A stretch of 64,000 nt of DNA from a bacterium (GTDB lineage Bacteria; Electryoneota; AABM5-125-24; Hatepunaeales; Hatepunaeaceae): the NCBI GenBank assembly GCA_021734165.1, contig JAIPJL010000005.1:130-64129 (forward strand). Direction: 5' to 3'. Of the stretch, positions 30,363 through 40,679 are shown one piece after another; the stretch's first letter is position 1; the number at the start of each line of letters is the position of its first letter. A program made the translations under genes and the position numbers. The notes under the pieces were generated by a model. That model was not told the origin of the DNA and ran no database searches. It saw only the letters and a program-made list of their open reading frames with translations.

Positions 30363-31499
30363 TTGAAAAACACCACATTTCAAATAACGGCAAGAGATAA
30401 TAGCTGCGCAGCACGAACCGGATTGATCCAAACCTCTCATGGAAACATTGAGACTCCAGCGTTTATTCCGGTTGCCACGCTTGGTGATGTTAAAACGCTG
30501 ACGCCGGATAATTTGCGCGACGCCGGTTCCCAAGTGGTTCTGGGCAATACTTATCATCTTATGCAGTTACCCGGTTTGGACGTGTTGGAAGCGTGTGGCG
30601 GACTCGCTCGATTCATGGCGTGGGATGCTCCAACTGTGACTGATTCAGGTGGTTTCCAGGTTTTCTCTCTGTCCAATACAAGAACTCTTAGCGAAGAAGG
30701 CGTCAGTTTCAGATCAATCTATGATGGAGCGCTGCTTAACTTAACTCCTGAATCGGCTTGTTTAATACAGCGAACCATAGGCGCTGATTTTATTTATGCG
30801 CTTGATGAGTGTCCTCCGTATCCATCTACACATGAAGATGCAGCTCGCGCAGTTGCTCTTACAAGTCGGTGGGCAAAGCGATTTCTGAAAACCTGGCAGG
30901 ATTCGGAAAATCAGGATAATGCTTTTCAGGCGGCTGTTCTTATTGTGCAGGGCGGAATTTATGATGACCTCAGAAAGCAGTCTGTTGAAGAATTAGCGGA
31001 GCTTAATCCTCCGGCTTTCGCAATCGGTGGGCTTTCGGTTGGAGAACCTCAGGCTGAAATGGTTGAAATTACTAAGAAATGCTGTGAATGGCTGCCGGAT
31101 GAAAAATCGCGCCATTTGATGGGAGTTGGGACGCCAAGTGATCTCCTGATGTGTATCGAAGCTGGAGTTGATCTTTTCGATTGTGTGATGCCGACCAGGA
31201 ACGGGCGAAATGGGCAGGCTTTTACTTCGCATGGGATAGTCAATATTCGTAATGCAAAGCATAAAGCAGATCAGACAGCGCTTGATTCTGAGTGTAACTG
31301 CGCGACATGCAGGAAATTTAGCCGCGCCTATTTGCATCATCTTTTTGCAACCGGTGAATTGCTTGGAATGCACCTGTTAAGCCTGCATAATATTACTTAC
31401 TATCATTATCTGATGCGATCAGCAAGAGAAGCTATTGGAAAATCAGATTTTATTCACTGGAAATCAAACATCGAAACAACCTGGAGCGAGAGAGCTTGA
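30363..31499 (+). CDS. tgt: tRNA-guanine transglycosylase
   Basis: TDSGGFQV, QGG, IGGLSVGE, DLFDCVMPTRNGRNG, CxCxxC. Confidence 0.96.
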   Translation: MKNTTFQITARDNSCAARTGLIQTSHGNIETPAFIPVATLGDVKTLTPDNLRDAGSQVVLGNTYHLMQLPGLDVLEACGGLARFMAWDAPTVTDSGGFQVFSLSNTRTLSEEGVSFRSIYDGALLNLTPESACLIQRTIGADFIYALDECPPYPSTHEDAARAVALTSRWAKRFLKTWQDSENQDNAFQAAVLIVQGGIYDDLRKQSVEELAELNPPAFAIGGLSVGEPQAEMVEITKKCCEWLPDEKSRHLMGVGTPSDLLMCIEAGVDLFDCVMPTRNGRNGQAFTSHGIVNIRNAKHKADQTALDSECNCATCRKFSRAYLHHLFATGELLGMHLLSLHNITYYHYLMRSAREAIGKSDFIHWKSNIETTWSERA

Positions 31500-31567
31500 C
31501 AATTGTTATCATATAAGAGTATTTTAAAGTAACTGCGGGTAAAGAACTTGATTGATGTGGAGTTGAC

Positions 31568-33100
31568 ATGACACAGAGGAATTTTTTATTTATTATCATA
31601 CTAACGCTATCTGCGCTTCTGATGTTTTATGCTTGCGAATCACCAAGCGATGTAAGAGATAATATACCTACTAATGTTATTTTAGCGATTGATGATGATT
31701 CTGCTGCAACAAGAGACACGGTATTACGCGTGGCTATTCATGCAGAAAATACTGATCGGATGCAGGTTGGTTTTGATTCAATGCTTGTTGCTGTTGAATG
31801 GGAAGATTTTGATACTATAAAGGTTCTTCACGCACCACACGAAGAAGGATTAATCTATGTTTTTGGCAGATTTGCTACCGCCGGAGGAGGAACTTCCGGC
31901 GTCCTGAGAGATAGTATAGAATTGGATTTCACTTCTGAGATTATCGGTCTGAATATGGTTTCAGAAAGCGATACCATATACGCCGGTGATTTTGCCAGAT
32001 TTACTATGCAAACGGGTGAGAAGGGAACAGCGTACTTTTCAATAACATCTGTCGGATTGCATTTTGATTTTATTCATCTTGGTGGAGGGATGTTCACCCG
32101 TTCAATAGAGATTCCTTCAGGTTTGAATTACGATAGTGTGCTCGTTACAGGTTATTTCACTGATGAAGTTGGGAATGTGGCAATTCCCAAAGAGATGGAT
32201 AGACTTGTGACAATACGCGGTCCTAGACTCGATCTAACTGTTGTTTCCGAATATAATTTGAGTAATGTTATCGGCAAAGATATCTGGTATAACGCCGGAT
32301 ATTGTTTTGTCTGTGATACACATTCTGTAGCTCTTGTGGATGTATCCGATCCGGTTCAACCTGATTATAAACGCAGTATTCAGAGTGGTCAATGGAGTTC
32401 CGGATTCGATGGTAATGATAGATTGTTATTCATACCCTATCATTCAGGATTAGCAGTTATGGCAATAACTGAACCGGAACAAGCAGATATTATTAAAACA
32501 ATACATGTTAATGACGCCGGTAGAGACGTTGTTATAAGCGAAAGTCATGCTTATATGGCATGCCTTCTACAGGGTTTAAAAATTTTCGAATTGCATGAAG
32601 ATTATATTCCAAATTTAGTAGGCGAGCTTTGTATTGAAGGCTATGGTGAATTTATTGATCTTAATGAAGAAATCGTATTTGTCGTTGGATGGACATGGGG
32701 ATTTGCTATTGATGTGAGTAGTCCCAGTGAACCGAAGTTACTTTCGCGATTTGATCTTTATGGTGAACCCGAAGATATTATATACTATAATGATCATCTT
32801 TTTGTCGCAACGAGACATAACGGAATAATTGTGTTTGACGTTAGTGATCCGTGTAATCCAACACAGATATCTGAACATTCTGAACTTAATGAAGTTTGTT
32901 CATTTGCTCTGGCGCCACCTTTTCTCTATGTTGGAGGAAATGGAAACGTCAGGATTATGAACGTAACCGATCCTGTCAATTTTAATGAGATAGCAAGAAT
33001 TGATGGATTAGGAAAAGTACTTGGTCAATTCGTGTACGAGGATTATTTGTACATTTCGCAACCATCAAAACTTGTAATAATAAAGCTGTTTTCACAGTAA
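31568..33100 (+). CDS. Lipoprotein with C-terminal LVIVD-type repeats
   Basis: Lipobox-like FYAC; repeated VDVSDP / IDVSSP / FDVSDP / MNVTDP. Confidence 0.75.
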   Translation: MTQRNFLFIIILTLSALLMFYACESPSDVRDNIPTNVILAIDDDSAATRDTVLRVAIHAENTDRMQVGFDSMLVAVEWEDFDTIKVLHAPHEEGLIYVFGRFATAGGGTSGVLRDSIELDFTSEIIGLNMVSESDTIYAGDFARFTMQTGEKGTAYFSITSVGLHFDFIHLGGGMFTRSIEIPSGLNYDSVLVTGYFTDEVGNVAIPKEMDRLVTIRGPRLDLTVVSEYNLSNVIGKDIWYNAGYCFVCDTHSVALVDVSDPVQPDYKRSIQSGQWSSGFDGNDRLLFIPYHSGLAVMAITEPEQADIIKTIHVNDAGRDVVISESHAYMACLLQGLKIFELHEDYIPNLVGELCIEGYGEFIDLNEEIVFVVGWTWGFAIDVSSPSEPKLLSRFDLYGEPEDIIYYNDHLFVATRHNGIIVFDVSDPCNPTQISEHSELNEVCSFALAPPFLYVGGNGNVRIMNVTDPVNFNEIARIDGLGKVLGQFVYEDYLYISQPSKLVIIKLFSQ

Positions 33101-33114
33101 ATTTTAGAGGTAAA

Positions 33115-33447
33115 ATGTTGTTTCATTTCTTAGCGATGGCGCCTGCCGGTGGTGGAGGCGGACAAGGTGGTGGGGGATTGACTGCCCTGTTACCGATGGT
33201 TTTAATATTTCTGGTTTTCTATTTTCTAATTCTAAGACCACAGTCTAAGAAACAGAAAGCTCATCAACAAATGCTTAATGAGATGGTCAAAGGTGATAAA
33301 GTTGTCACTACCGGTGGTATCCACGGTACTATAATTAAAGTCAACGAGACTGATAAGACTTTACTCATTAAAGTTAATGATGATGTTAAACTGACTGTTG
33401 ATATTGGTGCAATAGCAAGAAAAAATGTAGGCGCTGCAAAAACATAG
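33115..33447 (+). CDS. yajC: Preprotein translocase subunit YajC
   Basis: FYFLILRPQ, GDKVVTTGGIHG. Confidence 0.95.
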   Translation: MLFHFLAMAPAGGGGGQGGGGLTALLPMVLIFLVFYFLILRPQSKKQKAHQQMLNEMVKGDKVVTTGGIHGTIIKVNETDKTLLIKVNDDVKLTVDIGAIARKNVGAAKT

Positions 33448-33455
33448 GTGATAAC

Positions 33456-34379
33456 TTGCGTGTCGTTTTTATGGGGACTCCTGAATTTGCCGTTAATACA
33501 CTTGAGGCGTTAATTAATAGCAGACATGAGGTTTTAGTTGTAGTAACAGGAGTTGATAAACCGGCTGGTCGCTCATTGAAAATCAAAGAGTCGGCCGTGA
33601 AGATTTGCGCAAAGAAGTATAATCTGTCAATATTACAGCCTCCTAATCTTAAGGCATTATCGTTTGAGCGTTCTCTTGCAAAATTCAAACCCGATATTGG
33701 CGTCGTAGTAGCTTTTCGCATTCTTCCGGAAAGCGTTATAAACATATCTCGTTTAGGCTGCGTAAATTTACATCCATCGCTTTTACCTGCTCTGCGCGGA
33801 GCAGCTCCGATAAATTGGGCGCTTATTAATGGTTTTACCGAAACCGGCGTTACTGTATTTCAGATTCGACGAGAGGTTGATTCGGGTGGAATTCTGTTGC
33901 AGGAAAAAACCGGAATCTCCGAGGATGATAATGCAGGAACTTTGTCTGATCTACTTTCAAAGAGAGGAGCGGATTTAATTGTTCAAGCGCTTGATGGGAT
34001 TGAAGACGGATCAATTAAACCTTTTGCACAATCAGGAGAAGTTACAAAAGCGCCGCGTATCGATAACGAACTCAGGAAAATTAACTGGCATTGGTCAGCA
34101 GTTCGTGTTCATAATCTTGTTCGTGGACTAACACCTTATCCAGGCGCTTTAACAATACTTAATAAAAAGATAATTAAAGTATCTAAAACGAATCCGGCAT
34201 TAGATATATGTTCAGGTAAACCTGGTGAAATCAGGATAACTAATAAAGGTGAGTTTTTCGTATCAACCTCTGAAGGTTGTCTAAGGATAATTGAACTTCA
34301 ACTTGAAGGTAAGAAACGGATGTCTGCATCGGAGTTTTTAAGAGGACATCAGATACAATCAGGAACAATGTTAGGATGA
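33456..34379 (+). CDS. fmt: Methionyl-tRNA formyltransferase
   Basis: VFMGTPEFA, NLHPSLLP..RGAAPI. Confidence 0.96.
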   Translation: MRVVFMGTPEFAVNTLEALINSRHEVLVVVTGVDKPAGRSLKIKESAVKICAKKYNLSILQPPNLKALSFERSLAKFKPDIGVVVAFRILPESVINISRLGCVNLHPSLLPALRGAAPINWALINGFTETGVTVFQIRREVDSGGILLQEKTGISEDDNAGTLSDLLSKRGADLIVQALDGIEDGSIKPFAQSGEVTKAPRIDNELRKINWHWSAVRVHNLVRGLTPYPGALTILNKKIIKVSKTNPALDICSGKPGEIRITNKGEFFVSTSEGCLRIIELQLEGKKRMSASEFLRGHQIQSGTMLG

Positions 34380-34426
34380 GATCGTTTTTGATTAATACAA
34401 AGTAAAACAAACAATATGATAATACA

Positions 34427-35116
34427 ATGATTTATCCATTTTTTGATCCGACTTTTATACTGCTCATTCCTGCGATGATAATCGCATTTTGGGCACAAAA
34501 TAAAGTAAAAAGTACTTATGCAAAGTACAGCCGGGTAAGATCTGCCAGTGGTATGACAGGCGCTGAAGTTGCTAAGCGTATCCTTTCGCTTCAGGGCATT
34601 AATGATATAGAAGTCGAACCAGTAAAGGGCGAGCTTACAGATCATTATGATCCGCGAACGCGCAAGGTTCGTCTTTCGGAAGGGATTTACAACAGCAGTT
34701 CGGTTGCAGCGTTAGGGATAGCTGCTCACGAAGTAGGACATGCTGCTCAGCATTCAGAAGGTTACACCGCATTAAAATTACGTCACGCTTTGTTGAGGCC
34801 TGCCAATCTCGGTTCGACACTTGCGATGCCGATTTTCTTAATTGGGTTTATATTTTCCAGTTTCAAACCTCTGATGGATGTCGGTATAATCCTCTTTATG
34901 GCAGCGCTTGCATTTCAGTTAATTACACTTCCTGTTGAATTTAATGCTTCCAGCCGGGCGATGGCTAACTTGCGCAGTACGGGCATCCTTGTTGACAGCG
35001 AAGCTGATCAAGCGCAGAAAGTCCTGAATGCCGCTGCCTGGACTTATGTTGCCGCTGCTACGATGATGTTATCTCATCTAATCAGACTGTTGATCCTGCG
35101 TGGTGCACGGGATTAA
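34427..35116 (+). CDS. Membrane zinc metallopeptidase (YugP-like)
   Basis: LTDHYDP, AHEVGHA, TLPVEFNAS, AAAWTYVA. Confidence 0.9.
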   Translation: MIYPFFDPTFILLIPAMIIAFWAQNKVKSTYAKYSRVRSASGMTGAEVAKRILSLQGINDIEVEPVKGELTDHYDPRTRKVRLSEGIYNSSSVAALGIAAHEVGHAAQHSEGYTALKLRHALLRPANLGSTLAMPIFLIGFIFSSFKPLMDVGIILFMAALAFQLITLPVEFNASSRAMANLRSTGILVDSEADQAQKVLNAAAWTYVAAATMMLSHLIRLLILRGARD

Positions 35117-35120
35117 TCAC

Positions 35121-36443
35121 ATGGTTGAACCTCGTAGAGCAGCAGTTGAATTATATGAAAAATGGCTGAATCATAAATTTAGAATAGACAAAGCTGTTAG
35201 AAGTGAACTGAACAGATACTGCTGGGATGAGCGGGACAAAGCTTTATATTATGAACTCATTTATGGCACGATAAGGCACAAACTTTGGCTGGAATGGATA
35301 TTTCGTTATCTAAGTTTCAGAGAATTTAAACCCAATAATCTTATTATTTCAGCAGTTACCATCTGTCTTTATCAAATATTTTTTCTGGATCGTATCCCGG
35401 AATATGCTGCAGTTAATTCCGCAGTAAATATAGTCAGGAGACGTATTGGATTAAGTGAAAGTAGATGGATTAATGCCATTCTGAGAAGAGCATGTAGGGA
35501 ACACCAAGAGTTACTTATCCTTGAACCGGATTTGGATGATGAGTACAAGCGAATTGCTCTGAAATATTCGTTTCCGGAATGGATGATCAAACGCTGGAAA
35601 AATCGATTCTCGTCTGATCAGTTAAGGAATTTCCTTAAGTGGAATAATCGGAGACCGGATACGTATCTTAGAATAAATCATTTTCGTACTAATCCTGAAG
35701 AAATTAGTGAAATATTTATTGCAACTGGAAGTGAGTTCGAAGCATCTCCTATTAATAATGATTTTATTATTCTCAAGAAAACTTCAAATCTCAACTTAAT
35801 GAAAGTCATCGAGGATGGATTTATAAGTGTTCAGGATGTTTCTCAGGGTTTGGTAGCGCCTCTTGTAAATCCTCAACCGGGTGAGCTTATACTTGATCTT
35901 TGTGCAGCGCCAGGTGGGAAAACCGGACACATAGCTGAACTTTGCAATGAATGTAAAATCATTTCTACTGACAAATCGGAAATGCGATTAAACCTTATTA
36001 ACGAAAATGTCAACAGATGTGGATATACTAATGTTGAGGTTCTGTCTTATAATGATGTAATAAATGGAAAGAAGAAGTTTGACGCAGTCTTAGTAGATGC
36101 GCCTTGTACCGGTACTGGAGTGATGTCTCGAAGACCGGATATCAGGTGGCGGAAGAATGCTGATGATGCAGTTAAAATGGCAAAGGTTCAAATCGAACTT
36201 CTTAAACTTGCTGATAGTATGTTACAACCAAAAGGCAGGATCATATATAGCACCTGCTCAATTGAAAAAGAAGAGAACGAAGGTGTTGTAGAAAAATTTC
36301 TTGCTGATAAATCTAATTACGAACTAAATGATAGTTCAAGATTCATAGATAAAAAATTAGTCAACGAAAAAGGATATGTTAGTCTTCTCGGAATGGAAAT
36401 TAACGGTGACGGTGTATTTGCAGCGAGGTTGGAGCGGAATTGA
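35121..36443 (+). CDS. rsmB: 16S rRNA m5C967 methyltransferase
   Basis: NusB-like N terminus, DLCAAPGGKT, DAPCTGTG, YSTCS; ATG 35121 preferred over the overlapping start at 35100. Confidence 0.92.
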   Translation: MVEPRRAAVELYEKWLNHKFRIDKAVRSELNRYCWDERDKALYYELIYGTIRHKLWLEWIFRYLSFREFKPNNLIISAVTICLYQIFFLDRIPEYAAVNSAVNIVRRRIGLSESRWINAILRRACREHQELLILEPDLDDEYKRIALKYSFPEWMIKRWKNRFSSDQLRNFLKWNNRRPDTYLRINHFRTNPEEISEIFIATGSEFEASPINNDFIILKKTSNLNLMKVIEDGFISVQDVSQGLVAPLVNPQPGELILDLCAAPGGKTGHIAELCNECKIISTDKSEMRLNLINENVNRCGYTNVEVLSYNDVINGKKKFDAVLVDAPCTGTGVMSRRPDIRWRKNADDAVKMAKVQIELLKLADSMLQPKGRIIYSTCSIEKEENEGVVEKFLADKSNYELNDSSRFIDKKLVNEKGYVSLLGMEINGDGVFAARLERN

Positions 36444-37243
36444 CTGAGGCTGAACCTGAAAAGGCATTGACCGACAACGGGAAAAACAAATCCTGGCAGA
36501 ATCGTCTTGAGCTTATCAGCGGACTTCTTGTAGCAACAATTACTGTGATATGGCTGATGTTTTTTATTGATCGGGCATTAATGCCGTTAATAGCGCTTGC
36601 AGGTGTTGAACGTACCGTACCAAATCTTCGCTATATGGATGTTAATGAAGCAGATAGTCTTTGCGAAGCGCTTGGTGTGGAGATAGTCCACAGCAGATAT
36701 CGAGTAGATGATAAGCAACCATCCGGCACTATACTTGATCAATTTCCTGTAGCCGGAAGTATCGTTAAACCTGGTCGCAGAATTGAAGTAATAGTAAGCG
36801 AGCAGGATTTATCTGTTAACTGTCCGAATGTTGTGGGAATGTCTCCGCGAGAAGCATCTTTGAAAGCAGCTTCCTTTGGGCTGAAGGTCGATGAAGCAAA
36901 TATTAGATATTGCCATTCATCAAACAGTCCGGAAGGTGTTGTTGTTGCGCAGAATCCTAAAGTGGATGAGGAATTAGTTAAAGGAACTGAACTGATTTTA
37001 ACCGTCAGTCTTGGTAAAATACCAGATAGAATAATAGCCCCGGATCTTAAAGGGAGGAATATAAATGATATTAGATTGGTATTAACTAAGTCAAGGTTGA
37101 GATTAGGTAAAGTTACCCATTTCCCGGATAGTTCTGTTCCACAGGGCACGATTCTTTCACAGGATCCACCAGCCGGGACTGCGATGGAAGCAGGCGATTT
37201 GATTTCGATTCGTTCTGCGGTGAAACCAAGATCGTCACCATGA
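36440..37243 (+). CDS. Membrane-anchored protein with three PASTA domains
   Basis: TM followed by VPNL.., CPNVVG.., APDL.. repeats with GTILxQxP. Confidence 0.88.
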   Translation: MTEAEPEKALTDNGKNKSWQNRLELISGLLVATITVIWLMFFIDRALMPLIALAGVERTVPNLRYMDVNEADSLCEALGVEIVHSRYRVDDKQPSGTILDQFPVAGSIVKPGRRIEVIVSEQDLSVNCPNVVGMSPREASLKAASFGLKVDEANIRYCHSSNSPEGVVVAQNPKVDEELVKGTELILTVSLGKIPDRIIAPDLKGRNINDIRLVLTKSRLRLGKVTHFPDSSVPQGTILSQDPPAGTAMEAGDLISIRSAVKPRSSP

Positions 37244-37281
37244 TTAAACTTCATTAATATTAGAAGCTCTCAGGATTTGTT

Positions 37282-37932
37282 TTGTTAAAGATTGCTCCAA
37301 GTCTTTTATCAGCAGATATGGCGCGCTTGGCTGAGGCTGTAGAATCTATCGCTTCATCTGCAGATTACGTCCATTGCGATGTTATGGATGGGCATTTTGT
37401 GCCAAATTTGACCTTCGGCGCTCCGGTAGTGGGTGCGGTAAAAAAGGTTTCATCGCTTCCGCTTGATGTACATTTGATGATTGAGCATCCGGGCAGATGG
37501 ATTAAAGATTATTTAGATGCAGGTTTGGATAGTGAAGATTTTCTTACGTTTCATGTTGAGGCTGAATTTGATCCTGAAGCTATAATCTCCCGGATCCGCC
37601 AAACGGGTGTTCGACCCGGTATAGCTATAAAACCTAATACTAGTTTCGAGCAGTTTGAGGGTTTGATTGAATTGGTTGATCAAGTGTTGATAATGACCGT
37701 TGAACCCGGATTTGGGGGGCAGAAATTTATGCATGATATGCTTACTAAGGTTAAAATGACACGACAGATGTCGAAGTTAGTTGTGATAGGTATTGATGGT
37801 GGTATTGATAAAAACACAGCGCATCTTGCAGTAGAAGCAGGCGCTGATTTGCTGATAGCAGGGAGCGCTATCTTTGGACACTCGGATCCGCAAAGTGCTA
37901 TAGCTGAAATCAGACGATCCATAGGTGAATGA
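37282..37932 (+). CDS. rpe: Ribulose-phosphate 3-epimerase
   Basis: IAPSLLSAD, HCDVMDGHFVPN, MTVEPGFGGQ, IDGG. Confidence 0.96.
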   Translation: MLKIAPSLLSADMARLAEAVESIASSADYVHCDVMDGHFVPNLTFGAPVVGAVKKVSSLPLDVHLMIEHPGRWIKDYLDAGLDSEDFLTFHVEAEFDPEAIISRIRQTGVRPGIAIKPNTSFEQFEGLIELVDQVLIMTVEPGFGGQKFMHDMLTKVKMTRQMSKLVVIGIDGGIDKNTAHLAVEAGADLLIAGSAIFGHSDPQSAIAEIRRSIGE

Positions 37933-38093
37933 TAGGAAATTTTTCGGATAGACTTTGAAGTAGTTTTCTTTCATTTAAGTGTAGATCAAAGAAATAAACA
38001 AGGAGTCCAACGATTTGACAAACAGTTATTGATTTAACAGGATCAATTTCTTAATATTATAGTTTACAAAATTTTACTCCACGAGGCATCCAG

Positions 38094-40679
38094 TTGCTAA
38101 AATCCAGATGGATGTATATCCTCCCAATTCTGCTGTTTCCGTTAATGGTTGCTGCGGATATGGTTTCCCCGACCGGTAAGAGTTTTCAATTACTGGACGG
38201 TCGAGAACCGGCAAAACCGATACAGGATCGGGGTAGTTGGTCTTGCGGGCATGAAGACCATCGAATCGACCTTGCATCAGGGTGGAATGCTGTAAGGGAT
38301 GATGGAGTTGAGATCGGCGCCGTTAATATGCCGTTCTCGTGGGACGATTGGGACGGTGAATTAATTCTTTCCTCAAAATTCTACGTATCAGACACACTTA
38401 ATAATCAGGTATTCAGGCTTGTAATTATGGGAGGATCCGGGAGCATTACTGCTATGCTAAACGGCGCTCACCTTGATACACGTTTTGGTAACGAACTATC
38501 CTTTCAGTTAGAGATCAATCCAAGGTTACTCAGATTTGGAACCGAGAATGAATTACAGATAATACTGAACAACAATTTCCCGAGGCGTGGGGGAATCCCT
38601 TTAGAAAGCGGCATCTATTCTAATCGGTATTATGGGGGTATCACACAGGATATTTATCTGAAGTATTCACCCATTACTAATATTGAAGATATTGTTGCTT
38701 TATGGGACGTCATTGACAATTATAAAAATGGTTTCCTTAAGGTAGATTTAACACTCCAACATGCAGGTTCTTCACCGGTACTACAAGCTAAAAATAATTT
38801 TGTAGTTGAGTATTTGCTTTTAGGTGGAGATGACAAAGTATTATTCAGGAGTTTGCGGGAGAATGTTAAATTCCCACCTGGTAGAGTGTTGTCATTAACT
38901 GAAAAACTTGATATAAGCCCGGATATTAAATGGAATATTACAAATAAGAATAATCTCTATCGATTAAAGACTCTACTTACAGGAGATAATCTTAGTTATA
39001 GCTCAACAGCTAAATTTGGCGTAAGAACCTGGGAAGTTAACGAAAAGGGATTTCAGCTTAATGGCGAGCAAATTTGGCTTAGATGCGTTAACTATCCTTC
39101 TTTTCAGGCTGAAGATGGTGATTTACTTACTGATGAAAAGTTAGAAGCTGATGTTCTGATGTTGAAAGAGCTTGGCGCTCATGCAGTAAGAATAATGCAA
39201 GGCTCTGCACCCTTATATTTTCTCGATTTATGTGATAGATATGGTTTGTTAGTATTTGAAGAATTGCCTGTATATCAGGTTCCTGATGGATTGTTATCTG
39301 AAGCTGACTTGATTAGATCTGCGACTGAACAGTTTAAAGCGATGATAATGCGGGATAGACGTTTTACTTGTATTGCAGGCTGGGGAATAGGTTCACAAAT
39401 AAATCCCAAGAACAAGGTAAACTCGCAATATTATCAGGAATTAATAAAAATAGCGCGCGAACTTGATGATCGACCTTTGTATGCTTCATTTCGTTTTATG
39501 AATGAGTTTAACGCCGAACCACTTGATTTTGTAATACTTGAGTTGACTCCGGGATCGAAACAGGATATGAAAGCTTCAAGTAAGGCTGTTAAATGTAACA
39601 CACCATTTTTAATAGGCGGAATCAGACAACTCGTATTACCAGGTAATCTCAACGGCTATCTTGATAATGAATCCGAAGCGGGTCAGGCAGATAATATTCT
39701 GAAGAAAATTCGCTGGGCAGAGAATCTTCAAAATTGCACCGGAGTTGTTGTAGGTGACTTTTTTAATTGGAAGGGAGCTTTACCAACAATCGCCGGACCT
39801 TTACACGGTAAGAGTCTGGTTTATACAAGTGGTATAACGAATATAAATCATAAGCCAAATCTTGCATGGCATCATTTAAAAGAGTACTGGACATCAGGGA
39901 ATATCCAACCTTTACCTCCCGGAGAAGCGATGGAGCAGGATGGAGTATTACTTATAATTGCCGGTATCGCATTGATTTTAATATTATTTATTGCAGCGAG
40001 ACAGAATAATATCTTCAGAATTAACCTTGTGCGTACTTTTACTTCTACGAGGGGCTTCTTTCAGGATATTAGTGACCGGCGGTATTTTCAGACCGGTCAT
40101 ACTTTTTTAATAGCTGTACTGATCTCCGGTTCATTAGCGTTAATTATGTCAGGATGGGTTTTTGCCAATCGAAGGTCTTATGCCTTGGATTGGTCGCTTT
40201 CGTATTTACTAAGTAATACTGAACTTCTTACTTGGGCTGGACTAATTGTATGGCATCCTTCACGCAGTATGTTTTTTTTCTGGGGCTTATTGTTTTTCAT
40301 GCTTTGGATAGCGTCTATCAGACTCATGATATTATGTAGTATCCTCGGACGTTCATGTTCATTATCTCAGAGCTTTAGTTATATTAATTGGTCAATGGCT
40401 GGTTTTCTTATAACCATGCCTTTGGCAGTTATTGCCGGTCGTTTATTTACAATTTCGTTAGGATGGTTAATTATAACGGTGATTCTCGTGATTTTACTAT
40501 GGACACATTTAAGATTGATTTCAGTAATAGTTCAGCATACACGAAAAGGAATAGGTAAAGCAGTTGTATTATGGTTTATCGGACCGGTAATTCTCACAAT
40601 TGCTTTGGTTCTATTTCTTGAATATACAAGATACATTTCGGATTATTGGTACTTTTTCAGGGGGAACATACTACCATGA
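38094..40679 (+). CDS. GH2-like exported domain fused to a multi-pass membrane domain
   Basis: GH2-like order (YGGITQDIYL, FGVR, LNGEQI, LDLCDRYGLLVFEE); several hydrophobic segments in the last ~240 aa. Confidence 0.72.
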   Translation: MLKSRWMYILPILLFPLMVAADMVSPTGKSFQLLDGREPAKPIQDRGSWSCGHEDHRIDLASGWNAVRDDGVEIGAVNMPFSWDDWDGELILSSKFYVSDTLNNQVFRLVIMGGSGSITAMLNGAHLDTRFGNELSFQLEINPRLLRFGTENELQIILNNNFPRRGGIPLESGIYSNRYYGGITQDIYLKYSPITNIEDIVALWDVIDNYKNGFLKVDLTLQHAGSSPVLQAKNNFVVEYLLLGGDDKVLFRSLRENVKFPPGRVLSLTEKLDISPDIKWNITNKNNLYRLKTLLTGDNLSYSSTAKFGVRTWEVNEKGFQLNGEQIWLRCVNYPSFQAEDGDLLTDEKLEADVLMLKELGAHAVRIMQGSAPLYFLDLCDRYGLLVFEELPVYQVPDGLLSEADLIRSATEQFKAMIMRDRRFTCIAGWGIGSQINPKNKVNSQYYQELIKIARELDDRPLYASFRFMNEFNAEPLDFVILELTPGSKQDMKASSKAVKCNTPFLIGGIRQLVLPGNLNGYLDNESEAGQADNILKKIRWAENLQNCTGVVVGDFFNWKGALPTIAGPLHGKSLVYTSGITNINHKPNLAWHHLKEYWTSGNIQPLPPGEAMEQDGVLLIIAGIALILILFIAARQNNIFRINLVRTFTSTRGFFQDISDRRYFQTGHTFLIAVLISGSLALIMSGWVFANRRSYALDWSLSYLLSNTELLTWAGLIVWHPSRSMFFFWGLLFFMLWIASIRLMILCSILGRSCSLSQSFSYINWSMAGFLITMPLAVIAGRLFTISLGWLIITVILVILLWTHLRLISVIVQHTRKGIGKAVVLWFIGPVILTIALVLFLEYTRYISDYWYFFRGNILP

